Source: Deinococcales bacterium
GTDB lineage: Bacteria; Deinococcota; Deinococci; Deinococcales; JAAFIG01
Length of the DNA stretch: 17,615 bases
NCBI GenBank assembly: GCA_043778225.1
Contig: JAYWGM010000076.1
Coordinates: forward strand, 1-17,615
Reading direction: 5' to 3'
Shown: in pieces, positions 8,861 to 17,513 of the stretch
Position numbering within the stretch: position 1 is the first letter of the stretch
How the letters are laid out: each line of letters starts with the position of its first letter
Notes under the pieces: model-generated
What the model was told of the DNA's origin: nothing
Seen by the model: the letters and a program-made list of their open reading frames with translations, nothing else
Database searches by the model: none
Position numbers and translations under genes: made by a program

Positions 8861-10147
8861 TCAGCCACATTTGCTGCTCTTGCCGTAAGCCCCAAGTTCT
8901 CTGCCGTTCAAAAAAGGCAATTTGCCGCTAGCTCCTTGTATATTAGTCAAAAGATGCAAATTCAGTTCGCCTTTACTCGAGATTGTTAGGAGCGAAAACG
9001 CATCGTTGATGGCAAAAGTCCGCCAAACCCCGACTTGGTTTGCCCCATCGGTGCTAAAAAAACTGGTGTTTGTGCCAGCCCAATAATTGTTGCTGCTGTA
9101 ACTGCTTTCGACCCTGCCAAAGTAAGCATACTGCCCATTGGAACATAAATCCCATTGGCGTTTATTTTCTGTGCCGCCGCTTGTGCCACTGCCAGCACTC
9201 GAGAAAGAATAAAGTAGTAGGTAACGTCCATTTAAGCCTTGGCGCAAACGATTGACTGTTGCCTCGAGTGGACTTGGGGCAAATTTAGCCGATAGAATCA
9301 AGCTCTTGCTGATACCCTCGAGTTGGTTCTGGGCGGCTTTAGAAGTTAAAACGGTAAAACCAATGGCGTTATTTTTGCTAAATACCAGACTGGTCAAAGA
9401 CTCGAGTTTTGGGTGGGTGTGCCGTGCCATCAGCACACCATTTTGAACTTTGGGCGTACCCACTGGCTCGAGTTTGAGGTTGGCATCCAAGTCAAGCGGA
9501 TACTCGAGCCAAGCGCTGGCATCTTTGGGGGCTAAACCCGTAAATGCCCAAATAAAGATGTTGGCAGTTTGCCCTTGGCTAAAAAGCGTGACGTTGCCGT
9601 TTGGTGTTGCCACGGTTTGACCAGCAAAACCTTTTGGCACAACAAAAGAAACACCGTGGTTAAGAATATTAACTCGAGTTCCAGCCGTGTACTTTGCGCC
9701 AGCCTTGGCGGTTATGCCGCTCGGTAATTTGGAAGTAGCGGCAATTCTGGTCACGCTGCTCGAGACGGGTGGAGCAGTCGGTTTGGGTATGATTGCTCCA
9801 CTGGTAGCTCGAGTAAAAACAACTTGCTGAGCAGTGCTTGTATCAGCTTGTCCGTTGGTATCCAATTGTCCAAAAATAAAGGTCAGGGTGTTGCCTTGGA
9901 ATGTTAAACTAAAAAATCCCTGTTCGTTTCCCCCTTCGTAAACTCCTTGGGCTTGGTTGCCATTCGAGCGTCCTTGGAGGGTGTACACGGATGTACCATT
10001 GCTGAGTTTGCCGCTTATTTGCCCACTCGAGTCTTGGAGAGTGAGGGTAATCGTTTGACCTTCAGGGGTGCGTAGATTCCAAGTTCCAGTTAGGCTTTGT
10101 GCCAAAACAAGGCTCGAGACAAAAAGCAGTCCAATCAACCATTTCAT
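8861..10147 (-). CDS. Secreted multi-domain beta-rich hypothetical protein
   Basis: Signal peptide MKWLIGLLFVSSLVLA then QSLTGTW; Pro/Ser/Thr linker. Start moved to the ATG at 10147, which has TACACT 6 nt upstream. Confidence 0.8.
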   Translation of the reverse strand: MKWLIGLLFVSSLVLAQSLTGTWNLRTPEGQTITLTLQDSSGQISGKLSNGTSVYTLQGRSNGNQAQGVYEGGNEQGFFSLTFQGNTLTFIFGQLDTNGQADTSTAQQVVFTRATSGAIIPKPTAPPVSSSVTRIAATSKLPSGITAKAGAKYTAGTRVNILNHGVSFVVPKGFAGQTVATPNGNVTLFSQGQTANIFIWAFTGLAPKDASAWLEYPLDLDANLKLEPVGTPKVQNGVLMARHTHPKLESLTSLVFSKNNAIGFTVLTSKAAQNQLEGISKSLILSAKFAPSPLEATVNRLRQGLNGRYLLLYSFSSAGSGTSGGTENKRQWDLCSNGQYAYFGRVESSYSSNNYWAGTNTSFFSTDGANQVGVWRTFAINDAFSLLTISSKGELNLHLLTNIQGASGKLPFLNGRELGAYGKSSKCG

Positions 10148-10193
10148 ACCAAGAGTGTAGACCAAAAAATAACTTTTGGCTCAAAATCCGCAC

Positions 10194-10222
10194 TTGGCAA
10201 TGTCGGTCACGTAGGTTACAAT
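10194..10222 (+). promoter_or_regulatory. Sigma70-type promoter for the metallophosphoesterase gene
   Basis: TTGGCA (10194-10199), N17, TACAAT (10217-10222), 12 nt before the ATG at 10235. Confidence 0.55.
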
Positions 10223-10234
10223 GAAGGCGTTCAT

Positions 10235-10960
10235 ATGTTAAAGCGAATTCTGGCGGTGGCGGATATGGTTCATCCGTATATTTACCGCGATACTTTCCCA
10301 AGTGGTCTCGAGCCATTGGATTTGGTCTTGATTGCTGGCGATTTACCGGGTTATTACATCGAATTTATTGCGACGCGCTGTTCGTGTCCGGTTGTGTTTG
10401 TGCATGGCAACCACGGCGAGGAAAAAGTTAAGGATTACCTTGGGCAGATGGTAGACCCCGGCGGGGCAATCAATGCCCATGGCAAACTGATTCGAGCAAA
10501 TGATTTTCGGATTATCGGTTGGGGCGGTGCGCCACGCTATAACGAACGCAACGATGGGGGGCAATACACGGGGGCGCAAGTCAGAATGGGTTTAGGCAGA
10601 CTCGAGTGGGCGCTGTGGCTCGAGAAACGCCGAGCCGCCACGCCATTCGATATTTTTTTGACCCATGCACCACCACCCGGTCAACACGCTGGCACAGACT
10701 TTGCCCATCGCGGCTGTAAAGAAATTGGGCAGTTTTTAGAACGCCATAAACCCGCCTTGATGGTTCATGGTCATGTCCATGCCTACGAAGGCAGAAAACT
10801 CGAGTACCAAACCGAATTTGGCTCTAAAGTGGTCAATGCTTATGGTTATACGGTGCTTGAACTCGAGTTACCAACGGTTTCTTATAAGGCTGCACCAAAG
10901 CCAGAAAATACACTTGAGGCAGCTTCTGTTGAGTCCAGAACAGCACATTCAAGAATTTAA
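10235..10960 (+). CDS. Calcineurin-like metallophosphoesterase
   Basis: ILAVAD, LIAGDL, VFVHGNH, FLTHAPP and MVHGHVH motifs. True start is likely the ATG at 10235 (MLKRILAV), not 10097. Confidence 0.92.
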   Translation: MLKRILAVADMVHPYIYRDTFPSGLEPLDLVLIAGDLPGYYIEFIATRCSCPVVFVHGNHGEEKVKDYLGQMVDPGGAINAHGKLIRANDFRIIGWGGAPRYNERNDGGQYTGAQVRMGLGRLEWALWLEKRRAATPFDIFLTHAPPPGQHAGTDFAHRGCKEIGQFLERHKPALMVHGHVHAYEGRKLEYQTEFGSKVVNAYGYTVLELELPTVSYKAAPKPENTLEAASVESRTAHSRI

Positions 10961-11053
10961 GACGCTTGTGAAAGTGCTTCACGAATAGCGGGAATGCTTG
11001 GTTTAGGCGGCTTACCTGATGAACGTTTCACAATTGCTCTGTAAGGTGCATAC

Positions 11054-11950
11054 ATGGGATGGTTTGAGCAACAAGCAGAACATGACTTAAAAAGCGCGAT
11101 GCGAAAATCGTGGCTGTCTGACCTGATGGCGTGGTTGCGCGGCGAGGACAACGATTTATTACCGTTCGATGCAGTCAAACACCTGCGTCCAACCGCCGAG
11201 CATTACCGAGGCATCCGCACCATCGCCATAGACCAAATTATTGGCAGCGTAGACCGTTACCGCGATTTTGATGAAGCCTTTTTTCCACGCTCCGACCACT
11301 TAAAAGACCGTTGGACAAGTATTCGGCGCTTAAAACTCGAGGGCAAAGAACTGCCCGCCATTCAGGTCTATCAGGTTGGCGAAACCTATTTTGTCAAAGA
11401 TGGCAACCACCGTGTTTCGGTCGGGCATCTCGAGGGACAAAAATTTATTGATGCCGAAGTGATTGAACTCGATGTGCCAATTGCCCCCGAAAAAGGCGAT
11501 GACATCAAAGACTTTATCATCAAAGGCGAGTATGCCAATTTTCTCGAGCAAACCAAATTAACCGAATTTGTACCAGACCACTATGAAATCCTCTTCACCA
11601 CGCCCGGGCGTTACGATATTCTTTTGGACCACATCGAGAAACGCAAGTATTTTTTGGGCTTAAACTTAAAGCGCGATATTCCCGACCAAGAAGCCGTCGA
11701 GAGTTGGTACAGCCGTTTATACCAGCGCATGGTCGATGAAATGCGCCAAATGCAGGCATTAGACAGTTTTCCAAACCGCACCGAAGCCGACTTGTACCTT
11801 TTTATGATGGATCACCGTTTTAACCTCAGTCAGTTGTACGGGCAGGATGTCGGCTCAAAAGTCGCCACCCAAAGCTATGTCCAACATCATAAAATCCCGT
11901 GGCATCAGCGTTTGTTAGCAAAATTCATGGGACGCAAAGAAACAACCTAA
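11054..11950 (+). CDS. ParB/Srx-like N-terminal domain protein (DUF4032-type)
   Basis: IIGSVDRYRDFD...LPAIQVYQVGETYFVKDGNHRVSV carries the ParB/sulfiredoxin DGxHR motif. C-terminal helical region W Y..Y...FPNRTEADLYL resembles DUF4032 proteins. Confidence 0.8.
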   Translation: MGWFEQQAEHDLKSAMRKSWLSDLMAWLRGEDNDLLPFDAVKHLRPTAEHYRGIRTIAIDQIIGSVDRYRDFDEAFFPRSDHLKDRWTSIRRLKLEGKELPAIQVYQVGETYFVKDGNHRVSVGHLEGQKFIDAEVIELDVPIAPEKGDDIKDFIIKGEYANFLEQTKLTEFVPDHYEILFTTPGRYDILLDHIEKRKYFLGLNLKRDIPDQEAVESWYSRLYQRMVDEMRQMQALDSFPNRTEADLYLFMMDHRFNLSQLYGQDVGSKVATQSYVQHHKIPWHQRLLAKFMGRKETT

Positions 11951-11956
11951 ATTGTC

Positions 11957-11994
11957 GCCCTTTTAACCCTTTACCCTTTTACCCTCTTTACCCT
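11957..11994 (+). repeat. TTTACCCT-type octamer tandem repeat upstream of mgsA
   Basis: TTAACCCT followed by TTTACCCT at 11970, 11978 and 11987; same family as the 5938-5969 arm. Confidence 0.6.
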
Positions 11995-12006
11995 ATGCTT
12001 TGACCC

Positions 12007-12408
12007 ATGGCTCGAGAATTGGTGGCACTGATTGCCCATGATGATAAAAAAGACGACCTTGCTCGCTTTGTCCTTGAGCATAAAGCCCTGTTTGCGCGTT
12101 TTTCTTTGGTCGGAACGGGTACAACGGCGCGAATTATTTCCGAAACAACAGGTCTCGAGGTCAAGCGATTAATGTCTGGTCCACTGGGTGGTGACCAACA
12201 AATCGGGGCAGCCGTCGCCGAAGAAAAAATTCTGGCAGTTTTTTTTCACCGTGACCCACTGACAGCCCAGCCACACGAACCCGATGTCAGTGCTTTGTTG
12301 CGAATCTGCGATGTCCATGATGTACCATTGGCGACCAACCGTGCCACTTCAACAGCTGTCGTGTTGTGGCTCGAGCAGCAAGCCAGTACCGTAATACGGC
12401 TAAACTAA
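12007..12408 (+). CDS. mgsA: Methylglyoxal synthase
   Basis: [61 protein letters not shown] 7 nt before the ATG. Confidence 0.97.
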   Translation: MARELVALIAHDDKKDDLARFVLEHKALFARFSLVGTGTTARIISETTGLEVKRLMSGPLGGDQQIGAAVAEEKILAVFFHRDPLTAQPHEPDVSALLRICDVHDVPLATNRATSTAVVLWLEQQASTVIRLN

Positions 12409-13224
12409 CTCGAGTATAGCTCTAAGGGTGGCTTGTGGCTGTTCTTGGTGTGGCAAATGCCCAGCCTTGGCAATCATACTCAGGTGGCTGTTGGGAATTT
12501 GCTCGAGTAAGCGCAAGGCATGATGTTGTGGCACAATCTGGTCGGCTTCTCCCCAGATGAGATGGGTTGGCAAATTTAGCTTGAGTGGTTCGGCTGGCGC
12601 AAATAAACTGCGAAGTGCGGCAAAAAAAGTATCGCGTTGGGTGTCGCTTCTGACCCGTTCCCAGACTCGGGTGTGTAAAAACGCAAGGTCGGCGGCTGGC
12701 ATGGCATTGAGGTCAGCATAGTACGGGCGCAGGCTTTCAAAGGCAGCATCCTGACCCGCTTGGCGTAAACCATTGTAAAAAGCCTCACCAACTTCTGGCT
12801 CGAGCAACGACTGCACCGCCACCGATGGCTCGAGACGACCTAAGTTTGGGGCTGCACCACCAATCAAGCATAAACCAGCAACTCGCGTCGGTTGCTGGGA
12901 TGCAAAAGTGGCAGCCACGACTGCACCGAGGCTCGAGCCAACCAAATGCACCGACTTAAAGGCTAAAGTATCCAATAAGCCCAATAAGGTCTTGCTAAAA
13001 CCCTGAATCGTGCTGGTTTGGCTGCGGCTGCGCCCAAATCCGGGCAAGTCGAGGGCAATCACTCGAAAATGGGCAGCCAGTGGCACAAAAATATGCCGCC
13101 AGGTGTCGGCTTCGTCGCCATTACCATGCACCAAAACAAGTGTTTTTGTGCCATGAACCGAGTCAAAATAAAAAATGCCTTGGTCTTCTCGAGCGTACTG
13201 CGCCAGTTCTAAAGCTGGAATCAT
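12400..13224 (-). CDS. Alpha/beta fold hydrolase
   Basis: LVLVHG oxyanion region, [10 protein letters not shown], nucleophile elbow GSSLG, WGEAD acid, AGHLPH histidine. 4-nt ATGA overlap with the upstream PASTA gene. Confidence 0.93.
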   Translation of the reverse strand: MIPALELAQYAREDQGIFYFDSVHGTKTLVLVHGNGDEADTWRHIFVPLAAHFRVIALDLPGFGRSRSQTSTIQGFSKTLLGLLDTLAFKSVHLVGSSLGAVVAATFASQQPTRVAGLCLIGGAAPNLGRLEPSVAVQSLLEPEVGEAFYNGLRQAGQDAAFESLRPYYADLNAMPAADLAFLHTRVWERVRSDTQRDTFFAALRSLFAPAEPLKLNLPTHLIWGEADQIVPQHHALRLLEQIPNSHLSMIAKAGHLPHQEQPQATLRAILELV

Positions 13225-15086
13225 AGACTGCGAACTGCCCGTGGCTGACCATCAATAATCACGGTCAATTCGGCTTTGCCGATTTCGGCTCGAATCGAAA
13301 TTGGCAAAGCAATCTGTTGCCCAGCCGTGACGGTCATTGGTCCAAAAACCACCCGCTCGCCATCTAAGTCTTTGATACGAATCTCGAGTATTCCAGAAGG
13401 TATATCGGTTGGCACTTCATAGCTAAAGTTCTCGTTGCGCCGCTCAATCAGTGGCGGGGTCGTGGTGACTGGAGGGTCTGGGGTGATTGGGGTAACCACG
13501 GGTGGGTCTGGAACTGGAAGGTCTGGGGTTGGTACATCGGGTGAAGTTGGCTGAACTGGTGGCAAATTATCTGGGTTGGTCGGTGTTGGTGTGACCACAG
13601 GTGGCGTGGTCGTGGTTGGAGTCTGCACAGGTGGCGTGGTGACAATCGGTGGCGTGGTTGGGGTAGGCGTTGGTGTGACCACAGGTGGCGGAATCACTTT
13701 TGGCTTCACAGGTTGGGGAATAATCGGCTTAGCTGCATTTCCCGCGATTGCCACCGTCAGGGTTGCATCTGACTCGAGTTCAACAATTGTATCAGCGCTT
13801 GGAGACTGAACCAAAACAGTACCATACGGCAAACTCGAGGTCTGGGTTTTAATTTCGACCAAGCGTAAACCAGCTAATTTAATCACTGTTTTGGCATCTT
13901 CGGTGTTTAAGCCCGATAAATTTGGAATAAAAGTCTTGCCCTCTGGCGCACGTGGACCTGAAGCTAACAAAGTCACACTCTGCCCACGCACCACTTCGGT
14001 TTGTGGGGCTGGGTTTTGCCCCAAAATATAATCTCGGGCTGTGCCTTCGGGGGCGGGAACTCGAGCAATCCGTGCGACCGTTAATTTGGCTTCTTTTAAG
14101 GCGATTTGGGCTTCGGCAAGGGTTTTTCCTGCCAAAGAAGGCATCAAAAGCGCTCTTGGCTGATTGACCGTAATCACCACCACCCGCTGCTCGGTGATGG
14201 CTGCACCAGCCGGCGGGTTTTGGGCAATAATCAGACCACGCACCTTTGATTGGTCAGAATCCTCGACCGGACGCGGTGTTAAACGTGCCTCGGACAGCAA
14301 CTGAGCAGCTTGCGGCAGGGTCAGCCCGACCACATTTGGCACAACCACAGCTGGGGGCTCGAGAAATTGACGGGTGGCTTGCGCCCCAAAGTAAATCACA
14401 CCCGCCAGTGCCACCATACCTGGCACAACCCGCACCAGCAATGCCAAAAAGCGCAGCCCTAAACTTGGTTTGGGGGTGGCGGCTTTAAGTGGCGCAACTT
14501 GGCTTTTAGAAATCAATTTTGGCTCAGGCGAGGATATTTTTGAAGCGCTGTCTTTGCTGGCATCCAAATTTTTAAGCACTGGAATTTTGCCACGACTGGT
14601 TTTGCCAGCCTCGAGCAACGGCTGATTGAGTTGGGTAATCGCCTCAACTGCTCGGTCAGCGCTGCGTAAACCCGTCAGGGCTGGTTTGACATCGCCTTTC
14701 TCGCCTTGCAACGCAATAAAATTAGCATCGGTCAAGGCAAAACCATAACTGCCAAGCACTTGTGCTGCCACACCAAGGGCTTGGCGAAACCCTTGGTCTT
14801 TGGGGTGCTGCGCCATCCAAAACGCACCATCTGTACCTTCGAGAACTTCCCAGACGGTGTAATACGCCCCCGGTCTCGAGACCGCATCCAATAAAAGTGG
14901 CGAGGCAACATTTTTAATGGCTGTCCGGTAGCGGTGAAAATTTGCTCGAGATTTGGGGTCTACGACAAAAAACCAGTCTAGACGCACGGTTTTACCACTG
15001 GTGTCGGTGGCTTCGACCGAGCGCATCCATTCATCCCGAGAGATTTCTCGAGTCACATCGTATTTGCTGTCCAGACGTTCTGGCAT
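13221..15086 (-). CDS. Membrane-anchored PASTA-domain protein with degenerate Ser/Thr-kinase-like N-terminus, Pro/Thr linker and C-terminal beta domain
   Basis: One TM segment (...FLALLVRVVPGMVALAGVIYFGA...), three PASTA repeats (VPNVVGLT...IIAQNPPAG; MPSLAGKT...ILGQNPAP; IPNLSGLN...VLVQSPSA) and a long PT-rich tract. Confidence 0.88.
   Translation of the reverse strand: MPERLDSKYDVTREISRDEWMRSVEATDTSGKTVRLDWFFVVDPKSRANFHRYRTAIKNVASPLLLDAVSRPGAYYTVWEVLEGTDGAFWMAQHPKDQGFRQALGVAAQVLGSYGFALTDANFIALQGEKGDVKPALTGLRSADRAVEAITQLNQPLLEAGKTSRGKIPVLKNLDASKDSASKISSPEPKLISKSQVAPLKAATPKPSLGLRFLALLVRVVPGMVALAGVIYFGAQATRQFLEPPAVVVPNVVGLTLPQAAQLLSEARLTPRPVEDSDQSKVRGLIIAQNPPAGAAITEQRVVVITVNQPRALLMPSLAGKTLAEAQIALKEAKLTVARIARVPAPEGTARDYILGQNPAPQTEVVRGQSVTLLASGPRAPEGKTFIPNLSGLNTEDAKTVIKLAGLRLVEIKTQTSSLPYGTVLVQSPSADTIVELESDATLTVAIAGNAAKPIIPQPVKPKVIPPPVVTPTPTPTTPPIVTTPPVQTPTTTTPPVVTPTPTNPDNLPPVQPTSPDVPTPDLPVPDPPVVTPITPDPPVTTTPPLIERRNENFSYEVPTDIPSGILEIRIKDLDGERVVFGPMTVTAGQQIALPISIRAEIGKAELTVIIDGQPRAVRSL
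13585..13690. repeat. Intragenic direct repeat encoding the Pro/Thr linker
   Basis: GTTGGTGTGACCACAGGTGGCG at 13585-13606 and 13669-13690 (84-bp period, in frame), with a partial third copy at ~13626-13640. Confidence 0.75.
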
Positions 15087-15127
15087 ATGCTGGTAATTCT
15101 AGCAAGTCGGGATGAGGGTTGTGAGTA

Positions 15128-16360
15128 TTACTTTTTGGCTTTCTCAAGTTTGACGACTTTTACAGGTTTGGGTCTGACCAAATCGCTGGGTCGAATGACT
15201 TTTTTTAGAGCAGCATTGATATAATTAAATGCCAGTTGAGTTTCGTCGCGGGTGGCTAGGTTCTGACTCGAGTCGTTCATGTAGACATAAATCACTTTAT
15301 CGCCCGAAAGCGTCTCGAGAAACCCCGAATAGGTCAGGATTCGGGCGGTGTTGCCGCTTTTACCGCCATAGTATTTGAAGGGGATTCGTAAGTAGCTACC
15401 GCCTTTACCGTGCTTCATGATTTCACGAAAGCGTTTTTGTCCAGTTGGACTCAAGTCATTACTGACAAAGGCATTCCACATAAACCTCGCCCATTCTTGT
15501 GGCGTGCTGGCATTTTGCAGGTTGCGATCTATTTGGCTCATGGTTTCTACGCCACCATTGCGCCCAGCAAAATAACCTTGGTCAAGGTAACGGCGCAACG
15601 TTTCGGCGCTGATTGTTTGGGCTTTTTGGTCAAGCCGTTCTGCCAGTGCCAGTTGGGTATCCAAGGGCGAACTGGCAAAGCGTTTGGTGGCAGCCACCAG
15701 ACTGTATTTAGGAAAATCTGCACCACCAAGTCCGGCTTGGGCTGTCCACCACGTTTTGGTCGGCAAAAGTAGGCGGGTATTGCATAGCCCTAAGCGCAAA
15801 GCAGTTGGTTGCAAGGCAGCCAGACCAACCCGCCGAAACAAAATATCGGTGGCGGTGTTGTCCGACCAAGCAATCATCGCCATTGCCAAATCCAAAAGCA
15901 GGGTGTTGTCGTATGGGTAACGCCCATAGCTCTGGTTAGCTCGAGTCACCTTAAAGCGCTCGGTCTGTTTCATTTTGCCGCTGTCCACACCACGCAGCAA
16001 TTCAAACAAGACACTGGTCTTAAAATTGCTGGCAAGCGGAAATTGTCCTTGTGGATTTTGCCAAATCAGCTGTTCAGGCTTAAATTCTTTTGTGCCTCGA
16101 GCCAAGCGAGCCACAAATAAGCCAACTCGCCCGGTAATGACTTTAGAGATAACTGGAGCTTGGGGCTGTTGCCTTAGGCTTTGTGTCGTGGCACAGCCTG
16201 TTGTCTGGCTCGAGGCTGCCACAACACTCGAGCTTGAGACTGCCATCGGGGTTGGTGTAACTTGTATCAGGTTTGGGCTGCTCGGTTGTAGCACAACGGT
16301 TTGCGTGTTGTTTGCACAGCCAAACAGTCCGAGGGTAAAAATGAGGTAAAGAAAACGCAT
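15128..16360 (-). CDS. Class A beta-lactamase-like serine hydrolase lipoprotein (PBP/beta-lactamase fold)
   Basis: Lipobox MRFLYLIFTLGLFG-C from the ATG at 16360; FPLASNFK (SxxK), WSDNTATD (SDN), GGKSG (KTG-like). Confidence 0.88.
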   Translation of the reverse strand: MRFLYLIFTLGLFGCANNTQTVVLQPSSPNLIQVTPTPMAVSSSSVVAASSQTTGCATTQSLRQQPQAPVISKVITGRVGLFVARLARGTKEFKPEQLIWQNPQGQFPLASNFKTSVLFELLRGVDSGKMKQTERFKVTRANQSYGRYPYDNTLLLDLAMAMIAWSDNTATDILFRRVGLAALQPTALRLGLCNTRLLLPTKTWWTAQAGLGGADFPKYSLVAATKRFASSPLDTQLALAERLDQKAQTISAETLRRYLDQGYFAGRNGGVETMSQIDRNLQNASTPQEWARFMWNAFVSNDLSPTGQKRFREIMKHGKGGSYLRIPFKYYGGKSGNTARILTYSGFLETLSGDKVIYVYMNDSSQNLATRDETQLAFNYINAALKKVIRPSDLVRPKPVKVVKLEKAKK

Positions 16361-16451
16361 TGCTCGGGTATTCTGACATGGAATCTGCAAATTGCAAGGC
16401 GTTTGCTTGGGGCGTTTTTCTCATCTCGAGATGTCAGTATTTAGGGCAATT

Positions 16452-17513
16452 ATGGTCACTCGAGAAGTCACAATGCCTTTTTTAGCCGCGCTGATTTTAG
16501 GCATGGGATTGCTGACCGTTTCGAGTGTCGCCACCCCCGAGAACATCCAAAAGCAATTGGTCGGCGTGGCTTTGATGGTTTTTCCGATTGTGGCATTGTG
16601 GTTTTTAGGACGGCGACGATTCTATCAATTGACCATGCCGGCTTACGGCGTTTCTTTATTTTTATTGTGCTTGGTTGGTCTGATTGGAGTTGAAGTCAAT
16701 GGTAATCGCAATTGGTTTTCCTTGCCGGGGTTAGGGCAGTTTCAACCGCTCGAGTTTGGCAAAATTGCCCTGATTCTGATGTTGGCACGCTACTTGCGCG
16801 ATCCATTTAAGTCGGTGCGCGATTATATTCCTGTGGCGGTTATTGCGCTGCCAATGCTGATTATTACTTTTATTGGCACTGGCGATACTGGTGGCGTGAT
16901 GGTCTTAACTGCAATTGTGATGGGGATGATGGCTGTGCGTGGTGTGCCATGGCGACATTTACTGATTGCCGTGGTGGCGTTGGGTATCCTTATTCCAACC
17001 GTGGTTGTGCCGCGTTTGTCGGATTTTCATAAGCAGCGCTTAACCGTTTTTCTTAATCCAGAATCAGACCCAAGGGGCAAGGGCTATCAATATATTCAAA
17101 GCCGAATTGCCATTGGTTCAGGTGGTTTATCGGGCAAAGGCTACCGCCAAGGCACACAGTCTCAGGGCGGCTTTGTGCCAGCTGACCACACCGATTTTAT
17201 TTTTGCACCATGGGCAGAAGAACAAGGTTTTGTGGGTGGTGTCTTGCTGCTGCTGGTATTTGTGGCTTTATTTTGGCGTATGGCAGCCCTTGGTGGCGAA
17301 TGTTTACATGGCACAGACCGATTGGTGATTGGTGGGGTGCTGTCTTTACTTGGCTTTCAGGTTCTCGAGAACGTCGGGGCAGCTATTGGGGTCGCACCTT
17401 TAACGGGTTTAACCTTGCCACTGTTTAGTTATGGAATCTCGAGCTTGCTGTCTACGGCGACGGCTTTAGGGGTTGTCTATGTGGTGCATCGAGACCGCTT
17501 TGAAGATTTTTAA
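16452..17513 (+). CDS. rodA: SEDS-family peptidoglycan glycosyltransferase, RodA/FtsW type
   Basis: GNRNWF, QFQPLEFGK, GYQYIQSRIAIGSGGLSGKG, FVPADHTDFIFAPWAEEQGFVG, PLTGLTLPLFSYG; about 10 TM segments. Start uncertain (16452 or 16473). RodA versus FtsW is inferred. Confidence 0.88.
   Translation: MVTREVTMPFLAALILGMGLLTVSSVATPENIQKQLVGVALMVFPIVALWFLGRRRFYQLTMPAYGVSLFLLCLVGLIGVEVNGNRNWFSLPGLGQFQPLEFGKIALILMLARYLRDPFKSVRDYIPVAVIALPMLIITFIGTGDTGGVMVLTAIVMGMMAVRGVPWRHLLIAVVALGILIPTVVVPRLSDFHKQRLTVFLNPESDPRGKGYQYIQSRIAIGSGGLSGKGYRQGTQSQGGFVPADHTDFIFAPWAEEQGFVGGVLLLLVFVALFWRMAALGGECLHGTDRLVIGGVLSLLGFQVLENVGAAIGVAPLTGLTLPLFSYGISSLLSTATALGVVYVVHRDRFEDF

Noticed and set aside
13448..13809. Gly/Val-rich and Pro/Gln-rich alternative-frame ORFs
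   Set aside because: Shadows of the Pro/Thr linker of the PASTA gene.
7596..16360. Two beta-lactamase-fold genes as an antibiotic-resistance island
   Set aside because: No mobile-element context. One is cytoplasmic with an atypical third motif, and the other lacks a recognisable class A omega-loop Glu motif.
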